Source of the DNA: Actinobacteria bacterium ADurb.Bin346
GTDB lineage: Bacteria; Actinomycetota; Humimicrobiia; Humimicrobiales; Humimicrobiaceae
NCBI GenBank assembly: GCA_002068775.1
Contig: MWAX01000158.1
Span: 1-37,896 of the forward strand
DNA: 37,896 bases
Direction: 5' to 3'
Positions 27,619 through 36,323 of the stretch are shown in pieces. Position 1 is the first letter of the stretch. Every line of letters begins with the position of its first letter. The position numbers and the translations under genes were made by a program. The notes under the pieces are model-generated. The model was not told where the DNA came from. It was given only the letters and a program-made list of their open reading frames with translations, and ran no database searches.

Positions 27619-28856
27619 GCATTAAGATAATCTTCCTGTTCTTTTGTAAGGGTATCTATTGTGATGCCCATGCTTGCAAGTTTTAAAGCCGCTATGTTTT
27701 TATCAATCTCTGCAGGCACAGCATAGACCTTTTTTTCAAGCAGGCTGCTTTTCTCAAAAATGTATTTCACTGACAGAGCCTGATTTGCAAAACTCATATC
27801 CATTACGCTGGCAGGATGCCCCTCTGCGGCGCCAAGGTTTACAAGCCTGCCTTCTGCAAGTATATTTATTTTCCTTCCATCCTTCATCTGGTATTGCTCG
27901 ACAAATGGCCTGACTTTTTTTACACCGGTGCTGTTCTTTTTCAGATAATTCAAATCTATTTCAGCATCAAAGTGCCCGGAATTTGCCACAATTGCATTAT
28001 CCCTGCATTTTGAAAGAATGTTTTCGCCTATTACTTTTAAATTGCCCGTAACTGAAAGAAAAATCTCTCCGACCTGGGCTGCCTGGCTGGAATGCATGAC
28101 TTCAAAACCATCCATTTTGGCTTCTATGGCTTTTAAGGGGTCTATTTCAAGCACTATTACATGAGCGCCCATGCCTCTGGCTCTCATCGCGACTCCTTTT
28201 CCGCACCAGCCATAACCGAGGACCACAAATTTTTTTCCCGCGAGCAGAACATTTGTGGCTCTGAGAATCCCGTCGATTGTACTTTGCCCGGTGCCATACC
28301 TGTTGTCAAAAAAATGCTTTGTCTTTGCCTCGTTTACAGCTATTATCGGATACTCGAGCACACCGTTTTTTTCCATGGATTTAAGCCTTATTACGCCGGT
28401 GGTTGTTTCTTCTGTGCCGCCGAGTATATCCGGAATAAGTTCCCTTCTCTTAGAGTGAACACTTGATATAAGGTCCGCGCCATCATCCATGGAGACCTGC
28501 GGCCTGCAGTCAAGCACGCTGTTTATATGTCTGTAATATGTATCATTATCCTCGCCCTTCACGGCAAATACAGATATCCCATAATCTTTTGCCAGGGATG
28601 CCGCAACTTCATCCTGGGTGCTAAGCGGATTTGAAGCGCAAAGAGAAACTTTTGCGCCTCCGGCTTTTAATGCAATCGCAAGATTTGCGGTCTCGCTTGT
28701 CACATGGAGGCATGCGCCCACTGTTGCCCCTTCGAGGGGCTTCTTTTTGCTGAATTCTTCCATTATACCTTTCAGGACCGGCATATCAGCCTGTGCCCAT
28801 TCGATTTTCTTTTTCCCGTCAGCAGACAAGTTTAAATCCTTCACATCAAATTCCAT
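27600..28856 (-). CDS. ahcY: adenosylhomocysteinase
   Basis: 418 aa with IEWAQADMPVL, CLHVTSETANL, GYGWCGKG (NAD site) and GHFDAEID. Confidence 0.95.
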   Translation of the reverse strand: MEFDVKDLNLSADGKKKIEWAQADMPVLKGIMEEFSKKKPLEGATVGACLHVTSETANLAIALKAGGAKVSLCASNPLSTQDEVAASLAKDYGISVFAVKGEDNDTYYRHINSVLDCRPQVSMDDGADLISSVHSKRRELIPDILGGTEETTTGVIRLKSMEKNGVLEYPIIAVNEAKTKHFFDNRYGTGQSTIDGILRATNVLLAGKKFVVLGYGWCGKGVAMRARGMGAHVIVLEIDPLKAIEAKMDGFEVMHSSQAAQVGEIFLSVTGNLKVIGENILSKCRDNAIVANSGHFDAEIDLNYLKKNSTGVKKVRPFVEQYQMKDGRKINILAEGRLVNLGAAEGHPASVMDMSFANQALSVKYIFEKSSLLEKKVYAVPAEIDKNIAALKLASMGITIDTLTKEQEDYLNAWELGT

Positions 28857-28933
28857 AGATAGCTCCTTGTATTGTCTTAAATATGCATGAAAAAAATATT
28901 TTTAATTCCATTTCTGTCAGTAAAAGCGCTCAT

Positions 28934-30010
28934 TCAGTCTAGCTTTGCCAGCTCTGCTTTCAGGACCGATATCCTTTCAACAGGTGTGGGGTCCACGCAA
29001 TAGAGAAGAGCAAGATAAACACTTGCCATATCGCCGAGATACATGGTTGAAACTGCTTTGGCAAGGCTGGATCTGCCCCTTACATTTATCTCTATCACAC
29101 CCCCCAGATTATTGCTTATGATTTTAACAGTTGTATCTATCCTTGTTTTTATCCTGGCAGAAGCATCGGGGTCCCTGAAGATAACAAGTATGAACTCTCT
29201 TGAGATATCCCTGATATTCTGCCAACCCACAGTTTCATTATGGTTAAGCTCAGGAAACTCTGAGAAAAATGCAGGGCATTTAGCATTCTCGTTTATTTCA
29301 CATTTCCATCTGTATGCCACCGCTGATAGAAATCCGTTCACGCCATAAATAACCGGCATTTTATCCTTAAGTTCAAGCGCAAGTTTTTTTGCAGGATTGG
29401 ATTGTGTGCTTTGCATCCTGTTGTAAAGCGCAGCATCCCTTTTTATTATTTCCATGGTTTCATCAATCTCTGCCTCACTTACTTTGAATATCCCTATGGA
29501 AGAAAGCATCAGATATGTCGAAAAAAATAAATAACCAGAAGCTCCTCTCGGCTGAAAACCTGCCGGGACCTGAAGATGACATTTATCATTTGCTGCAGCA
29601 ATCTCTTTTAATTTCCCGCCGGAAGAGACAAAAACTATCTCACATCCCCGCTGCAGCGCCTGTTTGACACATGCTATTGTCTCTTCAGTATCACCCGAAT
29701 AACTTACTGCCACTGCAAGCCAGCCCTTTGCGATATATGCCGGCATTTCATAACCTTTCACCACTTCAACAGGTATTTGAGTCCTGTCAGCAGTCAGGCT
29801 CTTTATAATGTCCCCTGAAAAACCGGAGCCGCCCATCCCGAGCACTGCGAGACCTTTAAATTTTAATGACGCAAGATTCTTATAATCAGCGCTTTCCGCA
29901 ATTTTTTTTGCCTCAGCAAGCTGAGACATGAAATTTTCCTCGACGCCAAGCATGTCCTGCTTGTCAAGATTTTTTATTTTTTCAAGGTCATCAAGAATAT
30001 TATTATTCAT
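28934..30010 (-). CDS. bifunctional phosphoglucose/phosphomannose isomerase (SIS-domain PGI/PMI family)
   Basis: 358 aa with GMGGSGFSGD and SYSGDTEET SIS motifs. The length and C-terminal region are typical of the PGI/PMI family. Sits upstream of pmm-gmd-manC-rmd. Confidence 0.8.
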   Translation of the reverse strand: MNNNILDDLEKIKNLDKQDMLGVEENFMSQLAEAKKIAESADYKNLASLKFKGLAVLGMGGSGFSGDIIKSLTADRTQIPVEVVKGYEMPAYIAKGWLAVAVSYSGDTEETIACVKQALQRGCEIVFVSSGGKLKEIAAANDKCHLQVPAGFQPRGASGYLFFSTYLMLSSIGIFKVSEAEIDETMEIIKRDAALYNRMQSTQSNPAKKLALELKDKMPVIYGVNGFLSAVAYRWKCEINENAKCPAFFSEFPELNHNETVGWQNIRDISREFILVIFRDPDASARIKTRIDTTVKIISNNLGGVIEINVRGRSSLAKAVSTMYLGDMASVYLALLYCVDPTPVERISVLKAELAKLD

Positions 30011-30060
30011 ACCTAATCCCTTCTGTACGTGATAAAAATAAGTCAGCCAGGAGCTTCACT

Positions 30061-31527
30061 TCACACATTATCCAGTATTTTTTTACCGATACAATGCAGA
30101 TATTCAAGTTTTTCACTTGTATTGCTCTCTGCGTATATGCGCACAACCGCTTCTGTGCCTGAAGGTCTTATCATTATCCAGCTGCCGTCTTTTAAAATAT
30201 ATTTATAACCATCGATAAGCAGTGGCTCTGCAGAGACTTCATTTACAAGCGCATCCGGTATTTTTTTCGAAAGCAGAGCGCTAAGCCTGTCTTTTCTGTC
30301 ATTTTCGACTTCATAATCAGCGCGCTTGTAAATAAAATAACCAAATTCATTGTATATATCCTTCAGTATCTCATTTGCAGATTTTTTCTCCCTGCAAAGA
30401 ATTTCCAGCAGCATAAGAGACATATACATGCCATCTCTTTCGGGCATATATCCGTTTATCCACAAACCGCCGCTTTCCTCCCCGCCCATAAGCACTCCGC
30501 CTTTTAATATTTCTTCGCCGATATATTTAAAGCCGACTGGTTTAACTAATAGCTCAAGCCCGTATTTTATGCATATCCTGTCTATGATTGATGAAGTTGA
30601 AACAGTTTTAATGACTCTGCCGGACAGGTTTTTTGTTTTTACAAGATAATTCAACAGTATTGCAAAAATATGATGAGAGCTGATAAAGTTACCATTTTCC
30701 CCAATTGCCCCTATCCTGTCGCCATCACCGTCAAGGCACAGTGCAAGCATGCACTTTTTGCCTTTAACTGCTTTTACGGCATCTGCAAGATTATCTCCAA
30801 TGGGCTCAGGATTTAACCCTCCAAACGATGTGTTGAGACATGAATGTATTTCATGCACTTTGGAGCTGCTCAGGTTTTCAATAATGTTCTTCAATGTCGC
30901 CTGTCCTGCGCCGTACATCGGATCTACTACCACAGGAAAATCAAGGCTCTGCTTAATCACTTCGATATCAACCAGCCCCATGACATAATCCCTGTAAGTT
31001 TTACTGAAATCAGCATTTGAAAAGTTATTGCAGCCATTATTGTATTTAATATTATTCAGCATTGTCCGGGCATCCCTGTTGTTGTTCAGCGCATTTACTT
31101 TTTCCTCTATCACTTTTATTATATCCACTGTAGCAGAACCTCCGTAAGGACCCTTTATCTTATACCCATTGTAGTAATATGGATTGTGGCTTGCCGTAAT
31201 CATTACTCCAAGGTCCGCTTTACTGGCAAGGACTGCGCAGGAGAGCATTGGAGTAGTGATAAACCTGTCGGATAAAGAAACAGATAAACCGAAATGACTC
31301 ATCACTCTGGCAGCAGTTTTAGCAAATCTGTCTGAAAGAAATCTCGTATCATAACCGACAACAACTTTTGGCGGATTTTTGGCGGATTTTTTAGCCGCAG
31401 CAATATTTTTTTTCTCATCAAGATATTCAAATAAACCAGCCGATATTATTTTTATCTTATCTTCAACAAAATCAAACCCTGTAATGCCCCGCCATCCGTC
31501 AGTGCCGAATTTTATCTCATTTTTCAT
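30061..31527 (-). CDS. phosphomannomutase/phosphoglucomutase
   Basis: TASHNPYYYNGYK (active-site Ser), DGDGDR (metal loop) and GEESGG sugar-binding loop. Confidence 0.92.
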   Translation of the reverse strand: MKNEIKFGTDGWRGITGFDFVEDKIKIISAGLFEYLDEKKNIAAAKKSAKNPPKVVVGYDTRFLSDRFAKTAARVMSHFGLSVSLSDRFITTPMLSCAVLASKADLGVMITASHNPYYYNGYKIKGPYGGSATVDIIKVIEEKVNALNNNRDARTMLNNIKYNNGCNNFSNADFSKTYRDYVMGLVDIEVIKQSLDFPVVVDPMYGAGQATLKNIIENLSSSKVHEIHSCLNTSFGGLNPEPIGDNLADAVKAVKGKKCMLALCLDGDGDRIGAIGENGNFISSHHIFAILLNYLVKTKNLSGRVIKTVSTSSIIDRICIKYGLELLVKPVGFKYIGEEILKGGVLMGGEESGGLWINGYMPERDGMYMSLMLLEILCREKKSANEILKDIYNEFGYFIYKRADYEVENDRKDRLSALLSKKIPDALVNEVSAEPLLIDGYKYILKDGSWIMIRPSGTEAVVRIYAESNTSEKLEYLHCIGKKILDNV

Positions 31528-31569
31528 AGCTTGTTCTTTCCCCTGCAGAATATATTTTCCAGGACTTTT

Positions 31570-32538
31570 TTAAATGACATATTTTTTCAAAAGGTTATAA
31601 TCACTTTCAACCATGATTTTTACAAGACCTTCAAAATCTACTTTGGGTTTCCATCCAAGGACATTACTGGCTTTGGTGGAATCGCCAATTAAAAGGTCTA
31701 CTTCTGCCGGCCTTAAAAATCTCGGGTCCACTTTAACATATTTTTCCCAGTCCAGGCCAAGGCAGTCAAAGGATGCCTTTACCCAGTCTTTTACACTGTG
31801 GGTGACACCAGTGGCTATTACAAAGTCATCTGCATTTTCCTGCTGGAGCATCAGCCACATAGCTTCTACATAATCTTTTGCATAACCCCAGTCTCTTTTT
31901 GAATCAAGATTTCCCAGATACAGCTCTTTCTGCAACCCGAGCTTTATCCTTGCAACAGCATTTGTGACTTTTCTTGTGACAAACTCAAGGCCCCTTCTTG
32001 GGGATTCATGATTGAAAAGTATGCCGCTTGAAGCTTTTATGCCATAACTTTCCCTGTAATTAACTGTTATAAAGTGCCCGTAAACTTTGGCAACTCCATA
32101 GGGGCTCCTCGGATGAAAAGGCGTTGTTTCATTTTGCGGTATTTCTTTTACCTTACCAAACATTTCCGAGCTTGATGCCTGATAAAATCTTATGTCTTTA
32201 TTTACAAGCCTGATTGCTTCAAGCATCCTTGTTACACCAATTGCAGTAAACTCTCCTGTAAGGACAGGCTGGCTCCATGAGGTGGGGACAAATGACATCG
32301 CTGCAAGGTTGTAGACTTCATCCGGACCCACTTCCCTTATTGCGCTTATGATGGAGAGCTGGTCCAGCAAGTCAGCCTGCACAAATTCGATTTTGTGCCT
32401 GATATGCTCAATCCGGTCCAGCTTTTCAACAGAAGAGCGCCTTACCATCCCATAAACTTTATAGCCTTTTTCAAGCAACAGATCAGCAAGGTATGACCCG
32501 TCTTGTCCCGTAATGCCTGTGATTAAAGCCTTTTTCAA
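31570..32538 (-). CDS. gmd: GDP-mannose 4,6-dehydratase
   Basis: [39 protein letters not shown] and [11 protein letters not shown]. Confidence 0.95.
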   Translation of the reverse strand: MKKALITGITGQDGSYLADLLLEKGYKVYGMVRRSSVEKLDRIEHIRHKIEFVQADLLDQLSIISAIREVGPDEVYNLAAMSFVPTSWSQPVLTGEFTAIGVTRMLEAIRLVNKDIRFYQASSSEMFGKVKEIPQNETTPFHPRSPYGVAKVYGHFITVNYRESYGIKASSGILFNHESPRRGLEFVTRKVTNAVARIKLGLQKELYLGNLDSKRDWGYAKDYVEAMWLMLQQENADDFVIATGVTHSVKDWVKASFDCLGLDWEKYVKVDPRFLRPAEVDLLIGDSTKASNVLGWKPKVDFEGLVKIMVESDYNLLKKYVI

Positions 32539-32581
32539 GGTATCCCTCCTTAAAATACTGATTTGAAATCAAAACAATAAA

Positions 32582-33697
32582 TCAAAAACTAATCTGAGAG
32601 GCTGTAATAAGTGAATTGACATTAATCTTTATGCCGTTTTTAAGGATGTTGCCCCCTTCTATAGTTGAATTATCGCCAACAATAGCGCTGTCTTCTATTT
32701 TTACCTTATCGCCGAGTTTAACATTTTTAGCAATTATTGAATTTCTGATAATACAATCCCTGCCTATTACACATCCATCAAAAATTATACTTTCCGATAT
32801 GCTTGTCCCGCTGTCTATCTCACAGTGGCTGCCAACTATGCTGAGTGGGAGTATTTTAGCATCTTTTTTTATCTTTGTGCCGTTTCCAATTACAATTGGC
32901 CCTATGGTGAGGCTCTCTTTTGAATATGAAGTATTTTCACCAATATAAATGCCTGCATATATTTTTTTAGAAGGAAAATCAAATGGTATCTTTCTGTCAA
33001 GGATGTCCATATGCGCCGTCATATACTTTTCAGGAGTGCCCACATCCAGCCAGTAAGCGTCAGAAACAAAACCGAATATTTTATATCCAAGCTTCAGCAT
33101 ATTTGGAAAAAGCTCCCTCTCAAATGAATAATTCTCTCCCTGCGGAACATGGCCCAATATATGATGCTCTATTACATATGTACCGGCATTGATAAGATTT
33201 GTATTTATCTCTTCAAAACTGGGTTTTTCAAGAAATTCCTTAACCCTGCCGTCCTTGTTTATAGGTACGAGCCCGTAAGCCGTCGGGTCTTCAACAGGTG
33301 TCAGCGATATTGTAATATCAGCTTTTCTTGATTTGTGGAAAGCAATCATATTCTTCAGATTAAGCGTTGTAATTATGTCGCCATTAAAAACAAGAAATGT
33401 ATCATTGCCAAGATACTTCTCAACATTTTTAACTGCACCGCAGGTCCCGAGCGGCTCTTCTTCTGTGACATATATTAACTTCATTCCAAGCTTATTTCCA
33501 TTGCCGAAATATTCATTGAACATGTCAGGAAGATAGCCTGTTGACAGTATCACTTCATTTATTCCAAAACTTTTAAGCCTTAAAAGAAAATATTCCATAA
33601 ATGGCCTGTTCATTAAAGGCAGCATAGGTTTAGGAGTAAGATAAGTAAGCGGGCGCATCCTTGTGCCCTTTCCTCCTGCAAGAATTACTCCTTTCAT
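32582..33697 (-). CDS. manC: mannose-1-phosphate guanylyltransferase-like NDP-sugar pyrophosphorylase
   Basis: MKGVILAGGKGTRMRPLT plus a C-terminal beta-helix. I place the start at ATG 33697 because it forms an ATGA overlap with the rmd stop and has SD AAAGGAG 8 nt upstream. The ORF track extends to 33721. Confidence 0.85.
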   Translation of the reverse strand: MKGVILAGGKGTRMRPLTYLTPKPMLPLMNRPFMEYFLLRLKSFGINEVILSTGYLPDMFNEYFGNGNKLGMKLIYVTEEEPLGTCGAVKNVEKYLGNDTFLVFNGDIITTLNLKNMIAFHKSRKADITISLTPVEDPTAYGLVPINKDGRVKEFLEKPSFEEINTNLINAGTYVIEHHILGHVPQGENYSFERELFPNMLKLGYKIFGFVSDAYWLDVGTPEKYMTAHMDILDRKIPFDFPSKKIYAGIYIGENTSYSKESLTIGPIVIGNGTKIKKDAKILPLSIVGSHCEIDSGTSISESIIFDGCVIGRDCIIRNSIIAKNVKLGDKVKIEDSAIVGDNSTIEGGNILKNGIKINVNSLITASQISF

Positions 33698-34740
33698 TTT
33701 GATCTGCTCCTTTCTCTCCACCAGTCAAGAGTGTCTTTTAAAGTGTGTTTAATATTATATTCCGGTTTCCAGCCCGTATGATTTTTTATCCTTGTGTTAT
33801 CACCATATATTGATTTAACATCAACCGGTCTTAACTTTTTTTTGTCTACAGTAATCTTTATTTTTCCGACTTTGCTTAATGATATCATCATATCCAGCAT
33901 ATCAGAAATCCTTGTTTTTATACCGGAGCATACATTATACGGTTCTCCCGGCTTCCCGTATTCTGTAATAAAACAATATGCCCTCACCGCATCTCTTACA
34001 TCCAGAAAATCCCTGTATGCTTCAAGGTTGCCCGTGAATACCTCGGGCTTCTTATGCCCTGCTTCAATCTCAGCAATCTGTTTTGCAAAATCAGCCGTGA
34101 CAAAATTTTCAGACTGACCGGGTCCAATATGATTAAAAGAGCGCGAAATGAATACTGGCATTCCATAAGCTTTTTGATAGGTAGCAGCAAAAAAATCTAT
34201 AGCAGCTTTGCTTATTGCATAAGGATTGCTTGGCCCTATATGAAAATTTTCGGTAATCGCAGTGTCTCCGTCGTTTTTAACCGGCGCATATTCTTCTGCA
34301 GTGCAGGCAATCAGTATCCTGCAATCAGGGCTGTAACTTCTCGCCGCTTCAAGAAGCTGGATGCCGGCAATGACATTTACTTCAAAAGTTTTTACAGGAT
34401 CCTTCCATGAATAGCCAACAGAAGGCTGACCGGCAAGATGATATATGCGGTCAGGTTTTATTTTTTTTATTATTTCCCGGACAACCTTTTTTATTGAAAT
34501 ATCTGCCTTAATGAAATTGACTCTTTCCATTTTTCCGGCACTGGCTGCAGAGCAGCCATTGTTGAAACTGTAATCAGTGATATCTGCTGCGGTGATATCT
34601 TCTGCGCTGATCAATGGCATCTTTCGGGGCAGACATTTATCCTTTTCAACTTTTTTATCCGGACTGGAAGAGCTGCCCAGAAGATAATCTATAAGATGTC
34701 TTCCGGCAAATCCGCAGGCGCCCGTTATAAGTACTTTCAA
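33694..34740 (-). CDS. rmd: GDP-4-dehydro-6-deoxy-D-mannose reductase (Rmd-like SDR)
   Basis: ITGACGFAGRHL (Rossmann), NPYAISK (YxxxK), SRSFNHIGPGQ, RDFLDVRD and YNVCSG parallel the Pseudomonas Rmd sequence as I recall it. Adjacent to gmd and manC. Confidence 0.8.
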   Translation of the reverse strand: MKVLITGACGFAGRHLIDYLLGSSSSPDKKVEKDKCLPRKMPLISAEDITAADITDYSFNNGCSAASAGKMERVNFIKADISIKKVVREIIKKIKPDRIYHLAGQPSVGYSWKDPVKTFEVNVIAGIQLLEAARSYSPDCRILIACTAEEYAPVKNDGDTAITENFHIGPSNPYAISKAAIDFFAATYQKAYGMPVFISRSFNHIGPGQSENFVTADFAKQIAEIEAGHKKPEVFTGNLEAYRDFLDVRDAVRAYCFITEYGKPGEPYNVCSGIKTRISDMLDMMISLSKVGKIKITVDKKKLRPVDVKSIYGDNTRIKNHTGWKPEYNIKHTLKDTLDWWRERSRSK

Positions 34741-34770
34741 TTAATGCTCCGGTATCTAAATGGTTTTGTC

Positions 34771-35640
34771 TTATTTTAAAAGATTTTTTACAAAAGTTAA
34801 AAAGATTCTTATGCCAAGGACTATAACAACAAAGGGCAAAAGCAGTACCCTTGAAGTTTTTTTGTAATTCTTCCAGAAAAAATAAAGAACACTCTTTTGC
34901 ATGCGCACGCTCGAAACCAGCTCACTTTTATGTGTGCTCCCTCCTATGTGATGCAATATTTCAGCATGAGGACAGTAAATAACTTTCCACCCCTTTTTCC
35001 ACATCTGGAAACACAGATCTGTATCTTCAACATACATGAAATAATTTTCATCCATGAGTCCTGAGTCATCCAGTGCCAGGCGCCTTATAAGCATGCATGA
35101 GCCGGATACCCAGTCCACTTCAAAAGGCTTGTCCCTTCCTGCGTCAGCCAGCTTATACCTTCTTGAAAACCTGTTATTGGGTGCAATATTATGAAGTATT
35201 GCATGCATCCCCGCATCAAAAAAAGAAGGGAAACGCCTGCATGAAAGCTGCGTTGTGCCGTCAGCGTTTATAATTTTTGGACCTGTTACCCCTCCGTCTA
35301 TATTTTCTTCCATAAAAGCAACAAGTTTCTCTATTGATTTTTCATATACTTCACAATCACTGTTGATGAGCAGGACATACTTTGAGCTGCTGTTTTTTAT
35401 TGCAATATTATTAGCTGCAGCAAAACCGAGATTTTTCTCATTTAATATAAGACTGACAGAAGGATAATTATTTTTTATCAGCTCTGCAGAGCCGTCTGTC
35501 GAAGCATTATCCACGGCTATGATCTCAAAATCAAAAGGGGGTTTGAATTTCAGCAGAGAGTCAATGCATTTTTTCAAATAGTTGCTGCTGTTATAGCTGA
35601 CTATTACGATACTTAATGTGCAAAATGAATTTTTCAACAT
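34771..35640 (-). CDS. family 2 glycosyltransferase
   Basis: SIVIVSYNSSNYLKKCIDSL...DNASTDGS...DWVSGSCMLIRR...FMYVEDTDLC, the GT2 (GT-A fold) motifs. Confidence 0.88.
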   Translation of the reverse strand: MLKNSFCTLSIVIVSYNSSNYLKKCIDSLLKFKPPFDFEIIAVDNASTDGSAELIKNNYPSVSLILNEKNLGFAAANNIAIKNSSSKYVLLINSDCEVYEKSIEKLVAFMEENIDGGVTGPKIINADGTTQLSCRRFPSFFDAGMHAILHNIAPNNRFSRRYKLADAGRDKPFEVDWVSGSCMLIRRLALDDSGLMDENYFMYVEDTDLCFQMWKKGWKVIYCPHAEILHHIGGSTHKSELVSSVRMQKSVLYFFWKNYKKTSRVLLLPFVVIVLGIRIFLTFVKNLLK

Positions 35641-35648
35641 ATAGAAAT

Positions 35649-35677
35649 AATGTAAGATAAGAAAGATAAAATGTAAA
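35649..35677 (-). promoter_or_regulatory. candidate promoter placing the transcription start at or next to the GT2 ATG (possible leaderless mRNA)
   Basis: In minus sense, TTTACA (35677-35672), a 17-nt spacer, then TACATT (35654-35649). Only 8 nt separate the -10 from ATG 35640, and no SD is visible. Confidence 0.3.
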
Positions 35678-35688
35678 CTCTATTTTAT

Positions 35689-35733
35689 TGAAAATAAAAA
35701 TCGGTGGTCCCTTCTTTTTAAAAGAAACCACCG
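35689..35733 (-). terminator. rho-independent terminator downstream of the small gene
   Basis: In minus sense, CGGTGGTTTCTTT-TAAAAA-GAAGGGACCACCG forms a stem of about 12-13 bp including G.U pairs. It is followed by ATTTTTATTTTC. Confidence 0.7.
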
Positions 35734-35824
35734 GCGTTCATTCTTTTTTCAGCTTGCCCCTGACAGTCTGCTCAATGAAGACCTGGGCATTATTTATTTG
35801 CACCGGGCAAGACAAACCTTGAGT

Positions 35825-35893
35825 TAAATTAAGCATATTGGGCTAAATTAAGCTAAATTAAACTGAATTAAGCAAATTTGAGCCGCATTAAGC
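35825..35893. repeat. five copies of a 10-nt TAAATTAAGC-like motif, three of them directly tandem
   Basis: TAAATTAAGC 35825, then TAAATTAAGC / TAAATTAAAC / TGAATTAAGC back to back at 35844-35873, and CGCATTAAGC 35884. Confidence 0.75.
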
Positions 35894-35905
35894 GCAAAAG
35901 AAAGA

Positions 35906-36118
35906 TTATATCTTTTTTTCTCTTTCAGCAGCTTCAAGCATTTTCTTTGCTATCCTGAGTTCAGTTTTTCTCCTGATCTCTTCCGTATAAACCCTAAGCT
36001 CTCCCACAAGCCTGTTATACCTGGTAATATAAATAGTGTCACCAAGGTTTTTTGTCAGATATTCTGTAAGGTTTACCCTCAAGTCATTAGTATCGATTCT
36101 CTTTATATCGTCTTCCAT
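35906..36118 (-). CDS. small hypothetical protein (70 aa), possibly Phd/YefM-like DNA-binding fold
   Basis: ATG 36118 is preceded by SD AAGAGGTGA. The ORF-track GTG 36127 lies inside that SD. DLRVNLTEYLTKNLGDTIYITRYNRLVGEL resembles, by eye only, the xxARxNLxxLL...GxxVxITRxGxxVAVL pattern of Phd/YefM antitoxins. The C-terminus is a charged helix. Confidence 0.6.
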   Translation of the reverse strand: MEDDIKRIDTNDLRVNLTEYLTKNLGDTIYITRYNRLVGELRVYTEEIRRKTELRIAKKMLEAAEREKKI

Positions 36119-36235
36119 AGTTCTCACCTCTTAAAAATTTAAACTTTTAAAAATTTAAAAAACTGATTAAAATTAATTAATCTTTTAGACTATTATTAGA
36201 GATTACTATTTTATCATATATAATTCTACAAATCT

Positions 36236-36264
36236 ATTATAAAAATCTTAAAGTCAAATGTCAA
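36236..36264 (-). promoter_or_regulatory. consensus sigma70 promoter of the small gene
   Basis: In minus sense, TTGACA (36264-36259), an exact 17-nt spacer, then TATAAT (36241-36236). The predicted leader is about 110 nt and contains TTAAAAATTTAAA twice (36131-36143 and 36147-36159). Confidence 0.55.
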
Positions 36265-36323
36265 ATTATTATAATATAGATAAATTATAGTTTTTTTAGG
36301 CATGTTTAATAAAAGAATGCAGT

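Noticed and set aside
28857-28933. SAH riboswitch upstream of ahcY
   Set aside because: The 77-nt AT-rich spacer has none of the GC-rich pseudoknot-forming segments of the SAH element. It contains only an SD (AAGGAG) and A/T runs.
35740-35838. 32-aa minus-strand ORF (MLNLTQGLSCPVQINNAQVFIEQTVRGKLKKE) downstream of the Phd/YefM-like small gene, as a candidate toxin partner
   Set aside because: It has no SD, it overlaps the repeat array and inverted repeats, it is too short for known Phd/YefM-partnered toxins, and it has no recognisable motif.
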